Below are positions 33,106 to 43,345 of a stretch of 64,000 nucleotides of DNA, in pieces. Source of the stretch: Burkholderiales bacterium (lineage in GTDB: Bacteria > Pseudomonadota > Gammaproteobacteria > Burkholderiales > SG8-41); NCBI GenBank assembly GCA_038144955.1, contig JAYQOT010000001.1, positions 37,812 to 101,811 on the forward strand, written 5' to 3'. Numbering within the stretch: the stretch's first letter is position 1; the number at the start of each line of letters is the position of its first letter. Position numbers and translations under genes: made by a program. Below the pieces are notes generated by a model. It was not told the origin of the DNA and searched no databases. It saw nothing but the letters and a program-made list of their open reading frames with translations.

Positions 33106-34059
33106 ATGCCTGCGCCGGCTGCCGGTCGCCGGCGCATCGACGTGGTGGCCGCGGTCATCCAGAAGACGGATGGACGCTTCCTGCTGGCACAGCGTCCCGT
33201 AGGCAAGGTCTACGCCGGCTACTGGGAGTTTCCAGGCGGCAAGGTCGAGGCGGGTGAATCTCCTGTCGCCGCGCTGTCGCGGGAATTGCACGAAGAACTC
33301 GGCATCGACGTCGTCACCGCCTATCCCTGGATCATCCGCGATTTCGATTACCCGCACGCCGACGTGCGCCTGCATTTCTTTCGCGTCCGCGACTGGCGCG
33401 GCGAACCCCATGGGCGCGAGGCGCAGGCTTTTGCCTGGCAGCGGCTTGCCGCCATCGATGTCGCGCCGGTACTGCCCGCCAACGGACCGGTGTTTGCGGC
33501 GATGGCGTTGCCGGAGGTTTACGGCATCACCGGCTTCAGTCATGCGGACGCCGCCGGTGCGCTGCGAGGAGTCGAGGCCGCGCTGGATCGCGGCTTGCGA
33601 CTGGTGCAGGTGCGGGCGAAGGATTGGCCAGCTGCAGCGTTGGAAGCGTTCGCGGCGGCCGTGGTCGAGCGCGCGCACCGTCGCGGCGCGAAAGTCATGA
33701 TCAACGGCGATGCCGCCCTTGCTGTGCGCAGCGGCGCGGATGGTGTGCATTTGACTTCTGAGCAGCTGTTGGTTGCCGCAACACGTCCCGCATTGTCACT
33801 GGTCGGTGCGTCATGCCACAACGCGGCCGACATTGCGAAAGCCGAAAAATTGCAGCTGGACTTTGCTGTGCTCGGGCCGGTCTGCGCGACACCTACGCAT
33901 TCCGGCGCAGTGCTGTTGGGCTGGGAAGGCTTCCGCAAACTGGCTGCCGGTTCGCGAATTCCGCTCTACGCGCTGGGCGGAATGATGCCGTCTGATTTAC
34001 CGCAGGCTCTGTCTTGCGGAGCACAGGGCATTGCCATGGTGCGCGGAGCCTGGACCTAG
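33106..34059 (+). CDS. Nudix (MutT-type) hydrolase fused to a ThiE/TenI-like domain
   Basis: 317 aa. The N-terminal Nudix box is GGKVEAGESPVAALSRELHEELGI. The C-terminal roughly 170 aa resemble the thiamine-phosphate-synthase fold (VQVRAKD...GADGVHL...LYALGG). Confidence 0.8.
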   Translation: MPAPAAGRRRIDVVAAVIQKTDGRFLLAQRPVGKVYAGYWEFPGGKVEAGESPVAALSRELHEELGIDVVTAYPWIIRDFDYPHADVRLHFFRVRDWRGEPHGREAQAFAWQRLAAIDVAPVLPANGPVFAAMALPEVYGITGFSHADAAGALRGVEAALDRGLRLVQVRAKDWPAAALEAFAAAVVERAHRRGAKVMINGDAALAVRSGADGVHLTSEQLLVAATRPALSLVGASCHNAADIAKAEKLQLDFAVLGPVCATPTHSGAVLLGWEGFRKLAAGSRIPLYALGGMMPSDLPQALSCGAQGIAMVRGAWT

Positions 34060-34077
34060 CCGGCGATCAGTGCGGCG

Positions 34078-34290
34078 CTAGTTCGGCCGCGGAACGTTGG
34101 CATCACCGTCATCATCCACCGGCAATTCAGCGTCGTCGGCTTCCACGACAGGTACCCGATAGCGCTCGGTGGCCCAGGCGCCTAGGTCAATCATCTTACA
34201 GCGCTCAGAGCAGAATGGCCGATAGCGGTTCTGCGGACTCCACTCGATGCTTGCGCCGCACTGCGGGCATGCCACCAGCCTGACAGTCAT
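34078..34290 (-). CDS. yacG: DNA gyrase inhibitor YacG (zinc finger)
   Basis: 70 aa. CPQCG...[14 protein letters not shown] motif. Confidence 0.9.
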   Translation of the reverse strand: MTVRLVACPQCGASIEWSPQNRYRPFCSERCKMIDLGAWATERYRVPVVEADDAELPVDDDGDANVPRPN

Positions 34291-34293
34291 GGT

Positions 34294-35049
34294 TCAGAGG
34301 TTGCAGAAAGTCAGCTCGAAGTCGACGTCGGTATCCGCAGCCTTGGGGCGCTGTATGCCTTCCTGGGTGGTGAAGCGGATGTTCAGCGCATACTTGTTGG
34401 CGCTGATTTCCGGGATGCAGGCATAGTTTTCGGACAGGCGGATCCGCAGCATCTGCGCCAGGCGTCCGGCCATCATCTGCTGGTAAACGCCCTGGTGCGC
34501 CGTCTGTGCGGTGGTCTTGCCGCTTTCGCGCAGCAGCCGCAGCACGATGCTGATCGCGTCGCGCGTGGGCATGAAAGGTGCCAGCCATTGCTGAAGATCA
34601 TGACGGCGCTGGTCAGCGGATTGCTGCAGCCAGTAGTGATAGGAGGGCAGATCGAATTCGCAGACACCACCCGGTATGCCGGTGCGCTGCTTGATGCTCA
34701 TCAGCCATTCGTTCTCGCGCAGTTCCTGGCCGACTTTGCCTGAAGCCTGGTAGAGCCGTGCCGAAGCCTGGTCGATCTGCCACAGCACGTTGTCCAGCGC
34801 TTCTTCCGAGATGTCGGGATTGTCGCGCAGCGCTTCCAGCGTCTGTTTCTGGCGTTCGAGTTCCTGCAGCAGATCCGATTTGAGATCGGCCCGGCTGGCG
34901 ACTTCAAGGATTTCAAAAATCAGCAGCAGCGCGACATGATGTTCCGGCCCGTCATTCTTGACCTGGAAGTAATCGATGCGATCAAACAGATGCTCGAGAC
35001 GCAACAAGGTCCGTACGCGTTCGCTCAGAGGATGCTCGTAGACAATCAC
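34294..35049 (-). CDS. zapD: cell division protein ZapD
   Basis: 251 aa. N-terminus MIVYEHPLSERVRTLLRLEHLF is typical of ZapD/YacF. Sits between coaE and yacG as in enterics. Confidence 0.88.
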   Translation of the reverse strand: MIVYEHPLSERVRTLLRLEHLFDRIDYFQVKNDGPEHHVALLLIFEILEVASRADLKSDLLQELERQKQTLEALRDNPDISEEALDNVLWQIDQASARLYQASGKVGQELRENEWLMSIKQRTGIPGGVCEFDLPSYHYWLQQSADQRRHDLQQWLAPFMPTRDAISIVLRLLRESGKTTAQTAHQGVYQQMMAGRLAQMLRIRLSENYACIPEISANKYALNIRFTTQEGIQRPKAADTDVDFELTFCNL

Positions 35050-35146
35050 GGCCGGCAGGTCCGATGTATTAGGATTCGATCAAGTTGCCGCAGTATCGGA
35101 CAAAAACCAGAAAAAATAAAGGCTTAAGCTGTTTTGTGCGCGACAG

Positions 35147-35761
35147 TCAAGCGCCGTTTGCTATTGCCGACAGTTTCAGATACTGCTGATGCAGGTTGAG
35201 AACCTGTCCGCGCAGGCGGGAGGCATCACCGTCGTTGCGAATCACGTCGTCCGCGCTTGCCAGGCGTTGCCGACGCGGCAATTGTGCAGCCATGATGTCG
35301 CGCACGGCGGTCTCGGTGAGACCGCTGCGCTGCATCACCCTGCTGACCTGTTGCGATTCCTCGCAATCGACGACCAGGATGCGTCGAATGAGATCACGAT
35401 AATTGCCGGTTTCGAGCAGCAACGGCACGACCAGCAACACGTAGGGAGAAGTCGAACGGGACAGTCGCGCGCGCGCCTCCCGGCCGATCAACGGGTGCAG
35501 AATGCCTTCGAGTCGGGTACGCAGTTCCGGATCTGAAAACACGAGTTTGCGCATTGCCTGTCGATCCAGGCTGCCGTCTTGGGTTACGACCGCAGAACCG
35601 AAGGCGCCGACAATCGCCGGCATGGCACTTCCGCCGGGAAGCGTAAGTTCGCGGGAAATTTCATCAGTATCGATGACATCAATACCCTGTTCGGCAAAAA
35701 GACGGGCTGCGCTTGTCTTGCCGGAACCGATGCCACCGGTTAGGCCGATGCAGTAGGTCAT
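35147..35761 (-). CDS. coaE: dephospho-CoA kinase
   Basis: 204 aa. GLTGGIGSGKT P-loop at the N-terminus. Confidence 0.92.
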   Translation of the reverse strand: MTYCIGLTGGIGSGKTSAARLFAEQGIDVIDTDEISRELTLPGGSAMPAIVGAFGSAVVTQDGSLDRQAMRKLVFSDPELRTRLEGILHPLIGREARARLSRSTSPYVLLVVPLLLETGNYRDLIRRILVVDCEESQQVSRVMQRSGLTETAVRDIMAAQLPRRQRLASADDVIRNDGDASRLRGQVLNLHQQYLKLSAIANGA

Positions 35762-35764
35762 GAA

Positions 35765-36619
35765 TCAGAGAGGACCGAGAAATGCGCGCGTCAAGGATGG
35801 GCCGTGGAGAAGGGCGATCATTCCCGCGATCGCGAGATAGGGCCCAAATGGTATCGGGACGCTGCGTCCACGGCCGGCAAAGACTATCAGGCCGATGCCG
35901 ATCACGGCGCCGACCAGCGACGAGAGCAAAATTGTCAGCGGCAGCATCTGCCAGCCCAGCCAGGCGCCGATGGCAGACAGCAGCTTGAAGTCACCGTAAC
36001 CCATGCCTTCCTTGCCGGTGGCCCACTTGAATATCCAGTAGACACTCCACAGGGAGAGATATCCAGCTGCGGCGCCGATGACCGACGACGACAATGTAGT
36101 GAATGTTCCGTTGAGGTTGAACAGCAGACCCAGCCAGATCAACGGCAGCGTGATGCTGTCCGGCAGGTAGAAGGTGTCTAGATCGATGAAGGCCAGCGCG
36201 ATCATCGCCCATGTGAACAGCAGTGCGCCGGCTGCCGCCCAGCCGAAGCCGAAATGCCAGGCCACGTAGCCGGAAAGAATTGCCGTGAGGATTTCGACGG
36301 CGGGATACCTAGGGGAGATGGATGAACTGCAACTGGAACATTTTCCGCGCAGCGCTAGCCAACTGATGACCGGGATGTTTTCCATTGCGGTGATCCGGTG
36401 GCCGCAAGATGGGCAGGTGGAGCGGGGAACTACCAGGTTGTAACGCTCCACCGGCGCCGGCGCTTCTTCACCGGCAAGCTCGGCGCATTCGCTGCGCCAT
36501 TGCCGTTCCATCATCTTGGGTAAGCGGTGGATGACGACATTGAGGAAACTGCCGATACATAAGCCGAGCAGTATCGTGCAAAGCACCAAAAAAAACGGGT
36601 TTTCAAAAATCATCAGCAA
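35765..36619 (-). CDS. pilD: prepilin peptidase / N-methyltransferase
   Basis: 284 aa polytopic protein. CPSCGH...GKCSSC cysteine pairs and the GMGYGDFKLL active-site Asp motif. Confidence 0.92.
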   Translation of the reverse strand: MLMIFENPFFLVLCTILLGLCIGSFLNVVIHRLPKMMERQWRSECAELAGEEAPAPVERYNLVVPRSTCPSCGHRITAMENIPVISWLALRGKCSSCSSSISPRYPAVEILTAILSGYVAWHFGFGWAAAGALLFTWAMIALAFIDLDTFYLPDSITLPLIWLGLLFNLNGTFTTLSSSVIGAAAGYLSLWSVYWIFKWATGKEGMGYGDFKLLSAIGAWLGWQMLPLTILLSSLVGAVIGIGLIVFAGRGRSVPIPFGPYLAIAGMIALLHGPSLTRAFLGPL

Positions 36620-36695
36620 TTGAACAAATCAACTGCACGCGTTATTTCTGGCTTGGTCCGGCAATACGCGCTAGAGAGTTCGGTTCGAAGGGTTT

Positions 36696-37919
36696 CTATA
36701 CGGCGGAACCCAGTTTGAAGATCGGCAAGTACATCGCGATCACCATGCCGCCGATTAGCGTCCCCAGCACGACCATGATCATCGGCTCCATCAGGCTGGA
36801 GAGTGCCTCGACGGCATCGTCAACTTCAGCCTCGAAAAAATCGGCAACCTTGCCCAGCATGGCGTCAAGTGAACCGGCTTCCTCGCCGATCATGGTCATC
36901 TGGATCACCATGTTCGGGAAAACATCGGCGCCCTGCATGGAGGAAGTAAGGCTTGACCCGGTGGACACTTCAGACTGGATTTTTTTTGTGGCAACAAAGT
37001 AAACGTAGTTGCCGGCAGCGCCGGCAACCGAACCCAATGCTTCCACCAACGGTACGCCGGCAGCAAACATCGTGGCCAGCGTCCGGGTCCAGCGGGCAAT
37101 GGATGATTTGCGGACCAAGTCGCCAAAAACCGGGACTTTAAGTATCAGCCGATCCATGAAAATCTGCATTTTTTCGGAGCGCTGCCAGGTCCAGAAGAAG
37201 GCGTAAATGGCAAGCCCAGCTCCGCCAAACAGGAAAAACCAGTTGGCTACTACAAAGTCGGAGATCGCCATCACGATCAATGTGGGTGTCGGCAAATCCG
37301 CGCCGAAACTCTTGAACACTTCCTTGAAAGCGGGGATCACGAAAATCATGATGATCGCGGTAATAACCACGGCGACCACGATAATGGCGATCGGATAGAA
37401 GAGCGCCGATTTGATCTTGCTTTTTATTGCGAGAATCTTCTCTTTGTAAGTCGCCAGGCGGTCCAGCAGGCTTTCCAAGATACCCGCAGCCTCACCAGCG
37501 CCGACCAGGTTGCAGAACAAGGCATCGAAATAGAGGGGATGTTTTTCAAAGGCCTGCTTCAGGTTCATTCCGGTTTCGACGTCGGACTTGATGGTCATCA
37601 GCAGTCTGGCCACGGCAGGGTTGCTGTGGCCCTTGCCGACGATGTCGAAGGCTTGCAGCAGAGGGACGCCGGATTTCATCATTGTGGCCAACTGCCTGGT
37701 AAACAGGGTGATGTCTTTCTCGGTTACCTTGCCACCCGATCCGATACGCTGTTTCTTGACTTCGACGATCTTGATGCCCTGGCGCCGCAGAGTGGCATTC
37801 ACCTGGGCTTCGCCGGTGGCCTGCATCTCCCCGCGTACGGTTTTTCCCGCGCGGTCCTGGCCGACCCAACGGAAAGTGAATTCCGTGACTTTCTCTTTCT
37901 TAGCGGCAGCGGTAGCCAT
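36696..37919 (-). CDS. pilC: type IV pilus assembly platform protein PilC (GspF family)
   Basis: The ORF track starts at a TTG (37931). The ATG at 37919 has GGAG 8 nt upstream. Two GspF repeats and three TM segments are present. Confidence 0.9.
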   Translation of the reverse strand: MATAAAKKEKVTEFTFRWVGQDRAGKTVRGEMQATGEAQVNATLRRQGIKIVEVKKQRIGSGGKVTEKDITLFTRQLATMMKSGVPLLQAFDIVGKGHSNPAVARLLMTIKSDVETGMNLKQAFEKHPLYFDALFCNLVGAGEAAGILESLLDRLATYKEKILAIKSKIKSALFYPIAIIVVAVVITAIIMIFVIPAFKEVFKSFGADLPTPTLIVMAISDFVVANWFFLFGGAGLAIYAFFWTWQRSEKMQIFMDRLILKVPVFGDLVRKSSIARWTRTLATMFAAGVPLVEALGSVAGAAGNYVYFVATKKIQSEVSTGSSLTSSMQGADVFPNMVIQMTMIGEEAGSLDAMLGKVADFFEAEVDDAVEALSSLMEPMIMVVLGTLIGGMVIAMYLPIFKLGSAV

Positions 37920-38034
37920 GGCGATCTCCAAAATCTCTCAATGAACCAATAAGTTACGATTGGTCACCGGAGATAATGCCCTTACCGCGCAGCTTTGTAA
38001 AGGCTGCAATTCACAGCCTCGAAGCCCTCTTGGT

Positions 38035-39321
38035 CTAGGGTACCTGCACCCGGACACTTTTGATAACCCGATCCTGGGTCTGGACGATCTCCAGCGGGTG
38101 GCCGGCGATGCGCACGCTGGTGTTGGGTTCGGGAATATCCTGCAGGTGTTCCAAGATCAGGCCGTTCAGGGTTCTGGGGCCGTCCAGCGGGAAATTGAAC
38201 CCGAGCTTGCGGTTGAGTTCCCTCAGCAGGATGCTGCCCTCGACCACATAACTGCCGTCCGGTTGCAGGTGGAGGCCGCGTGCGGTCAGGGGTGATTGAG
38301 TGGTGAACTCGCCGATGATTTCCTCAAGGATGTCCTCCAGCGAAATCAGCCCCATGATTTCACCGTATTCGTCGACGACCAGGCTGACGCGGTCCTCGTG
38401 CTCCTGGAAATTCTGGATCTGGGACAGCAGCGGCGTCGCGGACGGCACGAAATAAGGCTCCCGTATCAGTTCCGTCAGGGATTCGCGGGTCAGTTCCTCG
38501 CGCTGGATCAGAGTCAGCACATGCCGGACACGTAGCGTGCCGATTACGTTGTCCAGCTGGCCCTGGTAAACAATGACCCGGCGGTGATGCGCTGTGGACA
38601 ACTGCTGGGAAAGATCCTCCAGTGGCAAGTCGATGTCCACAGCCTCGATCTGGTTGCGCGGAACCATGATGTCGTCGACGGTGCTGGCGCCGATTTCAAG
38701 CAGGTTGAGCAGTACAGAGGCATGTTTTTTCGGCAGGACATTGGACGACTCCAGCACGATAGTGCGAATCTCGTCGATCGACAGCGGTTGCGCTCCCGAT
38801 TCGGCGGGTTGCATGCGCAACATGCGCAGCGTGAAGCCGAGGACTGCGTTGGTCGAAATGGTCAGCAGGTAAACGAACGGCGCTGTTATCCAGGCCAGTG
38901 CGCGCATCGGCCAGGCAACAAGGCGGGCGATATTCTCCGCACCGTGCTGGCCCAGCCGCTTGGGCACGATTTCCCCGATTACGATCGTCAGATAAGTGAT
39001 GCAGGCGACAATGACCAGAGTGGCCAGGAACCTGCTGGATTTGAATTCCAGTCCCTGCAATTGCAGCCATTGCGCAAATGGTTCCGCGAACACCGCTTCA
39101 CCGACGATGCCGTTGAGCAGGCCTATCGAAGTGATTCCAACCTGAACGGTTGAAAGAAAGCGGGTCGGTTCCGCGCTGAGTTTCATGGCCGCTGCGGCCA
39201 GGGTGTCTCCTTTCTGGGCCAGGGTGGCAAGCCTCGATTGGCGTGCGGTGAGCAGCGCCACTTCAGACATCGCAAATGCGCCGTTAAGCAGAATCAGGCA
39301 GACGAGTATGAGAAATTCCAT
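38035..39321 (-). CDS. HlyC/CorC-family transporter (DUF21-CBS pair-CorC_HlyC)
   Basis: 428 aa. N-terminal 4-TM DUF21 region, a CBS pair, and a C-terminal transporter-associated domain. Confidence 0.85.
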   Translation of the reverse strand: MEFLILVCLILLNGAFAMSEVALLTARQSRLATLAQKGDTLAAAAMKLSAEPTRFLSTVQVGITSIGLLNGIVGEAVFAEPFAQWLQLQGLEFKSSRFLATLVIVACITYLTIVIGEIVPKRLGQHGAENIARLVAWPMRALAWITAPFVYLLTISTNAVLGFTLRMLRMQPAESGAQPLSIDEIRTIVLESSNVLPKKHASVLLNLLEIGASTVDDIMVPRNQIEAVDIDLPLEDLSQQLSTAHHRRVIVYQGQLDNVIGTLRVRHVLTLIQREELTRESLTELIREPYFVPSATPLLSQIQNFQEHEDRVSLVVDEYGEIMGLISLEDILEEIIGEFTTQSPLTARGLHLQPDGSYVVEGSILLRELNRKLGFNFPLDGPRTLNGLILEHLQDIPEPNTSVRIAGHPLEIVQTQDRVIKSVRVQVP

Positions 39322-39365
39322 ATGGACACCTCAAGACAGCAAAGGGACTGCGGACATCGTGTCCG

Positions 39366-40190
39366 CTAAATGCGGCCGAGCAGCACTTCAATTACGAATT
39401 TGCTGCCCAGATAGGCCAGAACCAGCAACAGGAAACCGGCGAGCGTCCAGCGCACCGCGACACGGCCGCGCCAGCCGTGAAAATGGCGGCCGAAAAGCAG
39501 CGAGCCGAATACCAGCCAGGACACGAAACCGAAGATGGTTTTGTGATTGAGCCGGGCGGCTTTGCCGAACACCTCTTCCGAAAACAGCACACCGCTGGCG
39601 AGGGTCAGCGACAGCATGATGAATCCGGCCCAGATGATCCTGAACAGCAGCGTTTCCATGGTCAGCAGGGGCGGCAGTTTTCGCAACCCAGCGGGCAATA
39701 CGCCCTGATGCAGACGTCGTTCGAGCATGGCCATCAGCAGCACATGCAGCGAAGCAATGGTGAACAGGCTGTAGGCCAGCATCGAAATGACCAGATGCAG
39801 CTTGAAGGCGAGCAATTCAGTGTTTGGCAGCGGACGTGCAGCCGGGAACAGGACCGGCAGCAGGGTGGCAAGTGCGGCCGCCGGCAGGATCAGTGCATGC
39901 AATCCCTCAAGCCGGTAGACCAGGCTGCCCATCCAGTAGATCAGCACAGTCAGCCACAAAATTGCAGAAATGGCATCGCCGACACCGATGCGCATCGTGC
40001 CGCCGGAAAAAATGGACCCGAACAGGGCGTAGGCATGCACACAGAGCACGAACAGCATTCCAAGGCGTTCAGCCGTGGAGCGTGAAACTGCCGGTTCGTG
40101 CGCGGAGCCCGACCAGTGCAGTCGCCAGAAGTAAACTGACATCAGCGCATAGCAAAGGGCGCTGAACAGATACGGTAGAATGTCCCGCAT
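39366..40190 (-). CDS. YpjD/CcsA-like inner-membrane protein (cytochrome c assembly family)
   Basis: 274 aa polytopic protein, divergent from ffh as ypjD is in E. coli. Confidence 0.7.
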   Translation of the reverse strand: MRDILPYLFSALCYALMSVYFWRLHWSGSAHEPAVSRSTAERLGMLFVLCVHAYALFGSIFSGGTMRIGVGDAISAILWLTVLIYWMGSLVYRLEGLHALILPAAALATLLPVLFPAARPLPNTELLAFKLHLVISMLAYSLFTIASLHVLLMAMLERRLHQGVLPAGLRKLPPLLTMETLLFRIIWAGFIMLSLTLASGVLFSEEVFGKAARLNHKTIFGFVSWLVFGSLLFGRHFHGWRGRVAVRWTLAGFLLLVLAYLGSKFVIEVLLGRI

Positions 40191-40218
40191 CCTCTAAGTT
40201 TACCCGAACCCACTTTTC

Positions 40219-41571
40219 ATGTTTGACAACCTCACCGGACGGCTGTCCCGCGTCGTCAAGACCCTGCGCGGCGAGGCGCGACTGACCGAAAGCAACATCC
40301 AGGACGCATTGCGTGAAGTGCGCGTTGCCTTGCTGGAGGCTGACGTTGCCCTGCCTGTGGTCCGCGCATTCATTGACCGCGTGCGTGAAAAAGCCGTTGG
40401 TCAGGAGGTTATCGGCAGTTTGACCCCGGGACAGGCGCTGGTGGGCGTGGTGCATCGGGAACTGGTCGCGCTGATGGGAGAGCGCAACGAGAGCCTCGAT
40501 CTGGCGGCGCAACCGCCTGCGGTCATTTTGCTGGCCGGGTTGCAGGGCGCAGGAAAAACCACCACCGCGGGCAAATTGGCGCACTGGCTGCGCACAGAGT
40601 TGCGCAAGAAAGTGCTGCTGGCGAGCTGCGACGTCTACCGTCCCGCAGCCATTGAGCAGCTTCGGGTGGTTGCGGGACAGGTAGGCGCGGATTTTCACGA
40701 CGCTGCCGCGGAGCAGGATCCCGCGGCGATTGCCCGGGGCGCACTTCATAACGCACGCACCCACTTTCACGACGTGCTGATTGTCGATACCGCCGGCCGC
40801 CTGGCGATCGATGAAGCCATGATGAAGGAAATCCGGGAGCTGCACGCGGCGGTCAATCCGGTGGAAACCCTGTTCGTGGTTGACGCCATGCAGGGGCAGG
40901 ATGCCGTCAACGTCGCCAAGGCTTTCGCCGAAGCGCTGCCGCTGACGGGCGTTATTCTGACCAAACTCGATGGCGATGCCCGTGGCGGTGCGGCACTTTC
41001 AGTGCGTCATGTCACCGGCAAGCCGGTCAAATTCGCCGGGGTCGGCGAAAAACTTACCGGCCTGGAAGCCTTTCATCCCGATCGCATGGCTTCGCGCATC
41101 CTCGGCATGGGCGACGTACTGTCGCTGATAGAGGATGTGCGCAAATCGGTCGATCAGGCGGAAGCTGAAAAACTCGCGCGCAAGGTCAAGAGCGGCAAGG
41201 GATTCGACCTCGAGGATTTCAAGCTGCAGGTAACCCAGATGCGCAAGATGGGCGGGATGGGCGCTTTGATGGACAAGTTGCCCGCCCAACTGGCGCAGGC
41301 AGCGCAAACGGCACCGCAGATGGATGACAAGGCAATCCGCAGGCTTGAGGGCATTATCAATTCGATGACGCCCGGTGAACGCGCGAAGCCGGAATTGATC
41401 AAGGCTTCACGCAAGCGGCGCATAGCCACCGGAGCCGGGGTTACCGTGCAGGAAGTCAATCGCCTGCTAAATCAGTTCGAGCAGGCGCAGAAAATGATGA
41501 AGATGGTGGCCAAGGGCGGCATGGCGAAAATGATGCGCTCGATGAAGGGCATGTTTCCTGGCATGCGCTGA
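40219..41571 (+). CDS. ffh: signal recognition particle protein Ffh
   Basis: 450 aa. GLQGAGKTTT P-loop, the DTAGR motif, and a Met-rich M domain at the C-terminus. Confidence 0.95.
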   Translation: MFDNLTGRLSRVVKTLRGEARLTESNIQDALREVRVALLEADVALPVVRAFIDRVREKAVGQEVIGSLTPGQALVGVVHRELVALMGERNESLDLAAQPPAVILLAGLQGAGKTTTAGKLAHWLRTELRKKVLLASCDVYRPAAIEQLRVVAGQVGADFHDAAAEQDPAAIARGALHNARTHFHDVLIVDTAGRLAIDEAMMKEIRELHAAVNPVETLFVVDAMQGQDAVNVAKAFAEALPLTGVILTKLDGDARGGAALSVRHVTGKPVKFAGVGEKLTGLEAFHPDRMASRILGMGDVLSLIEDVRKSVDQAEAEKLARKVKSGKGFDLEDFKLQVTQMRKMGGMGALMDKLPAQLAQAAQTAPQMDDKAIRRLEGIINSMTPGERAKPELIKASRKRRIATGAGVTVQEVNRLLNQFEQAQKMMKMVAKGGMAKMMRSMKGMFPGMR

Positions 41572-41573
41572 GC

Positions 41574-41598
41574 CCCGGCACGGGCCGGGTGTTTATTT
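41574..41598 (+). terminator. probable intrinsic terminator of ffh
   Basis: CCCGGC-ACGG-GCCGGG stem followed by TGTTTATTT. The tail overlaps the stop region of the convergent nitroreductase gene. Confidence 0.45.
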
Positions 41599-42441
41599 CA
41601 GGCTGAATCCCTGGTTGCGGATGTAATTGCCGAAATCTTCGCGCTCGGGTACGGCATATTGCCGCGCCTTGTCTTCCGACCAGCCGTAAAATTCCGCGTG
41701 GCCGAATCGGGAAGCATGCCGCTGTTTTGCGTAGGGATGCAGCTGGTGACGTCGCTGGTCGTAGGCATCAATGTGCTCGCACAACTTCGATTCGTCGTAG
41801 CGGTCGGTATGGACGGTCACTTCCAGCGGCAGTCTTGCACTGATGTGACCCGGGTTGGCGGGGTAACCGGCACACAGACCCGCGACCGGAAATACCCCTT
41901 CCGGAAGGCCGAGTTCACGGCTGTTTTCCGCCGCGGCGTTGCGTATCCCGCTGATCGGGCAGGTGCCCAGTCCGGCGGCCTCTGCGGCACGAATGAAATT
42001 CATCATCACGATGCCGGCATCGACAGCGGCATTCATGAAATGGTCGAGATGTTCGTTGACGAACGGCTTGCCGCGCCATTCGCCAATCTGGCGGATGCGT
42101 CGGTTGTTGCCGCAGAACACCAGAAAAACCGGCGCATCCTTTATCCACGGCATGTCGGGAAGGGTGGCGGCTATCCGCGCACGTTTGCCGGCATCGGCGA
42201 CATGGACAATATCGGCCTGCTGCAAATCGCTCTTGCTCGGTGCAGAAAGCGCACAGGCCAGCAGCAGGCGAAGTAACTCCGGGGCCACCGGCGTTGCGGC
42301 ATAACGACGTACTGAGCGGTGGGTTGCCAGTGCAGCCAGTTCGGCCAGTCCGGGTTGGGAATCGCTGATCGGATAATTCTCGCCGAAACGTGTTTCCAGC
42401 GCCGTGGCGAGGGTGTGTGCGGATTCGGCGGCAGTACTCAT
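41593..42441 (-). CDS. nitroreductase-family protein
   Basis: 282 aa. THRSVRRY, typical of the FMN nitroreductase fold, with later family-conserved segments. Confidence 0.75.
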   Translation of the reverse strand: MSTAAESAHTLATALETRFGENYPISDSQPGLAELAALATHRSVRRYAATPVAPELLRLLLACALSAPSKSDLQQADIVHVADAGKRARIAATLPDMPWIKDAPVFLVFCGNNRRIRQIGEWRGKPFVNEHLDHFMNAAVDAGIVMMNFIRAAEAAGLGTCPISGIRNAAAENSRELGLPEGVFPVAGLCAGYPANPGHISARLPLEVTVHTDRYDESKLCEHIDAYDQRRHQLHPYAKQRHASRFGHAEFYGWSEDKARQYAVPEREDFGNYIRNQGFSLK

Positions 42442-42528
42442 AAAATATCCTTATAAATCATATAGATGAATCAAAAACCCGGGGGCTGCCAGGCTCCCGG
42501 CCCTACTTTACGGGCTGCATGGCTTTGG

Positions 42529-42558
42529 TTGCGTGTCCCTGAAAAAATGACGTAAAAT
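42529..42558 (+). promoter_or_regulatory. candidate promoter of the rpsP operon
   Basis: TTGCGT (42529-42534), an 18-nt spacer, then TAAAAT (42553-42558), about 40 nt upstream of rpsP. Confidence 0.35.
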
Positions 42559-42597
42559 CCGGCCCTTTCGGCTCTTTCAGTCGACGGGAAATTAGTC

Positions 42598-42852
42598 ATG
42601 GTGGTTATACGTTTAGCGCGTGGGGGCGCCAAAAAGCGTCCGTTTTTCAATCTCGTGGTTGCCGACTCGCGGTTTCCGCGTGACGGCCGTTTCATCGAGC
42701 GTCTTGGATTCTACAATCCCAAGGCCCCTGAAGGCAGTGAGCGTCTGCGCATCAACCGCGAACGCATTGCATTCTGGAAAGGCAAGGGTGCACTGCTTTC
42801 AGACACGGTGACCCGGCTCGTGAAGCAGGCCGGTGAGCAGAAAGCCGCCTGA
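42598..42852 (+). CDS. rpsP: 30S ribosomal protein S16
   Basis: 84 aa. N-terminus [17 protein letters not shown]. Confidence 0.95.
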   Translation: MVVIRLARGGAKKRPFFNLVVADSRFPRDGRFIERLGFYNPKAPEGSERLRINRERIAFWKGKGALLSDTVTRLVKQAGEQKAA

Positions 42853-43345
42853 GCGGCTGGTGGTGATGGGGCGGATTGCCGCCCCTTACGGCATCAAGGG
42901 CTGGATCAAGGTTCAACCTTTCACCGATAGTCCGCACGGTCTGTTGCAGTATGCAGCCTGGCAGGTTGGTGGTGAGGGGAATTGGCAGGAAAGGGTCGTG
43001 GAGTCTGCCAAACCGCACGGTGTTTCCGTGCTGGCGAAATTCGAGGGCATAGATGGTCGTGAAGCGGCTGCCCTGTTGCGTGGCCAGCGCATAGCGGTTT
43101 ACCGGGATGTATTTCCTGTTGCGGCGAAGAACGAGTACTACTGGGCAGACCTGATCGGACTGCAGGTAGTAAATGCGGCAGGGGTGTTACTGGGCACGGT
43201 TTCGAGGATGTTTGAAACCGGCGCGAACGATGTAATGGTTGTGGATGGTGAACGTGAACGGCTGGTGCCGTTCATCGGGCCGGTGATACGCAAGGTTGAT
43301 GTTCCCGGCGGCATCATCCAGGTGGACTGGGAAGCGGACTACTGA
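42833..43345 (+). CDS. rimM: ribosome maturation factor RimM
   Basis: 170 aa. [15 protein letters not shown] motif. The start could instead be the ATG at 42866. Confidence 0.88.
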   Translation: MSRKPPERLVVMGRIAAPYGIKGWIKVQPFTDSPHGLLQYAAWQVGGEGNWQERVVESAKPHGVSVLAKFEGIDGREAAALLRGQRIAVYRDVFPVAAKNEYYWADLIGLQVVNAAGVLLGTVSRMFETGANDVMVVDGERERLVPFIGPVIRKVDVPGGIIQVDWEADY

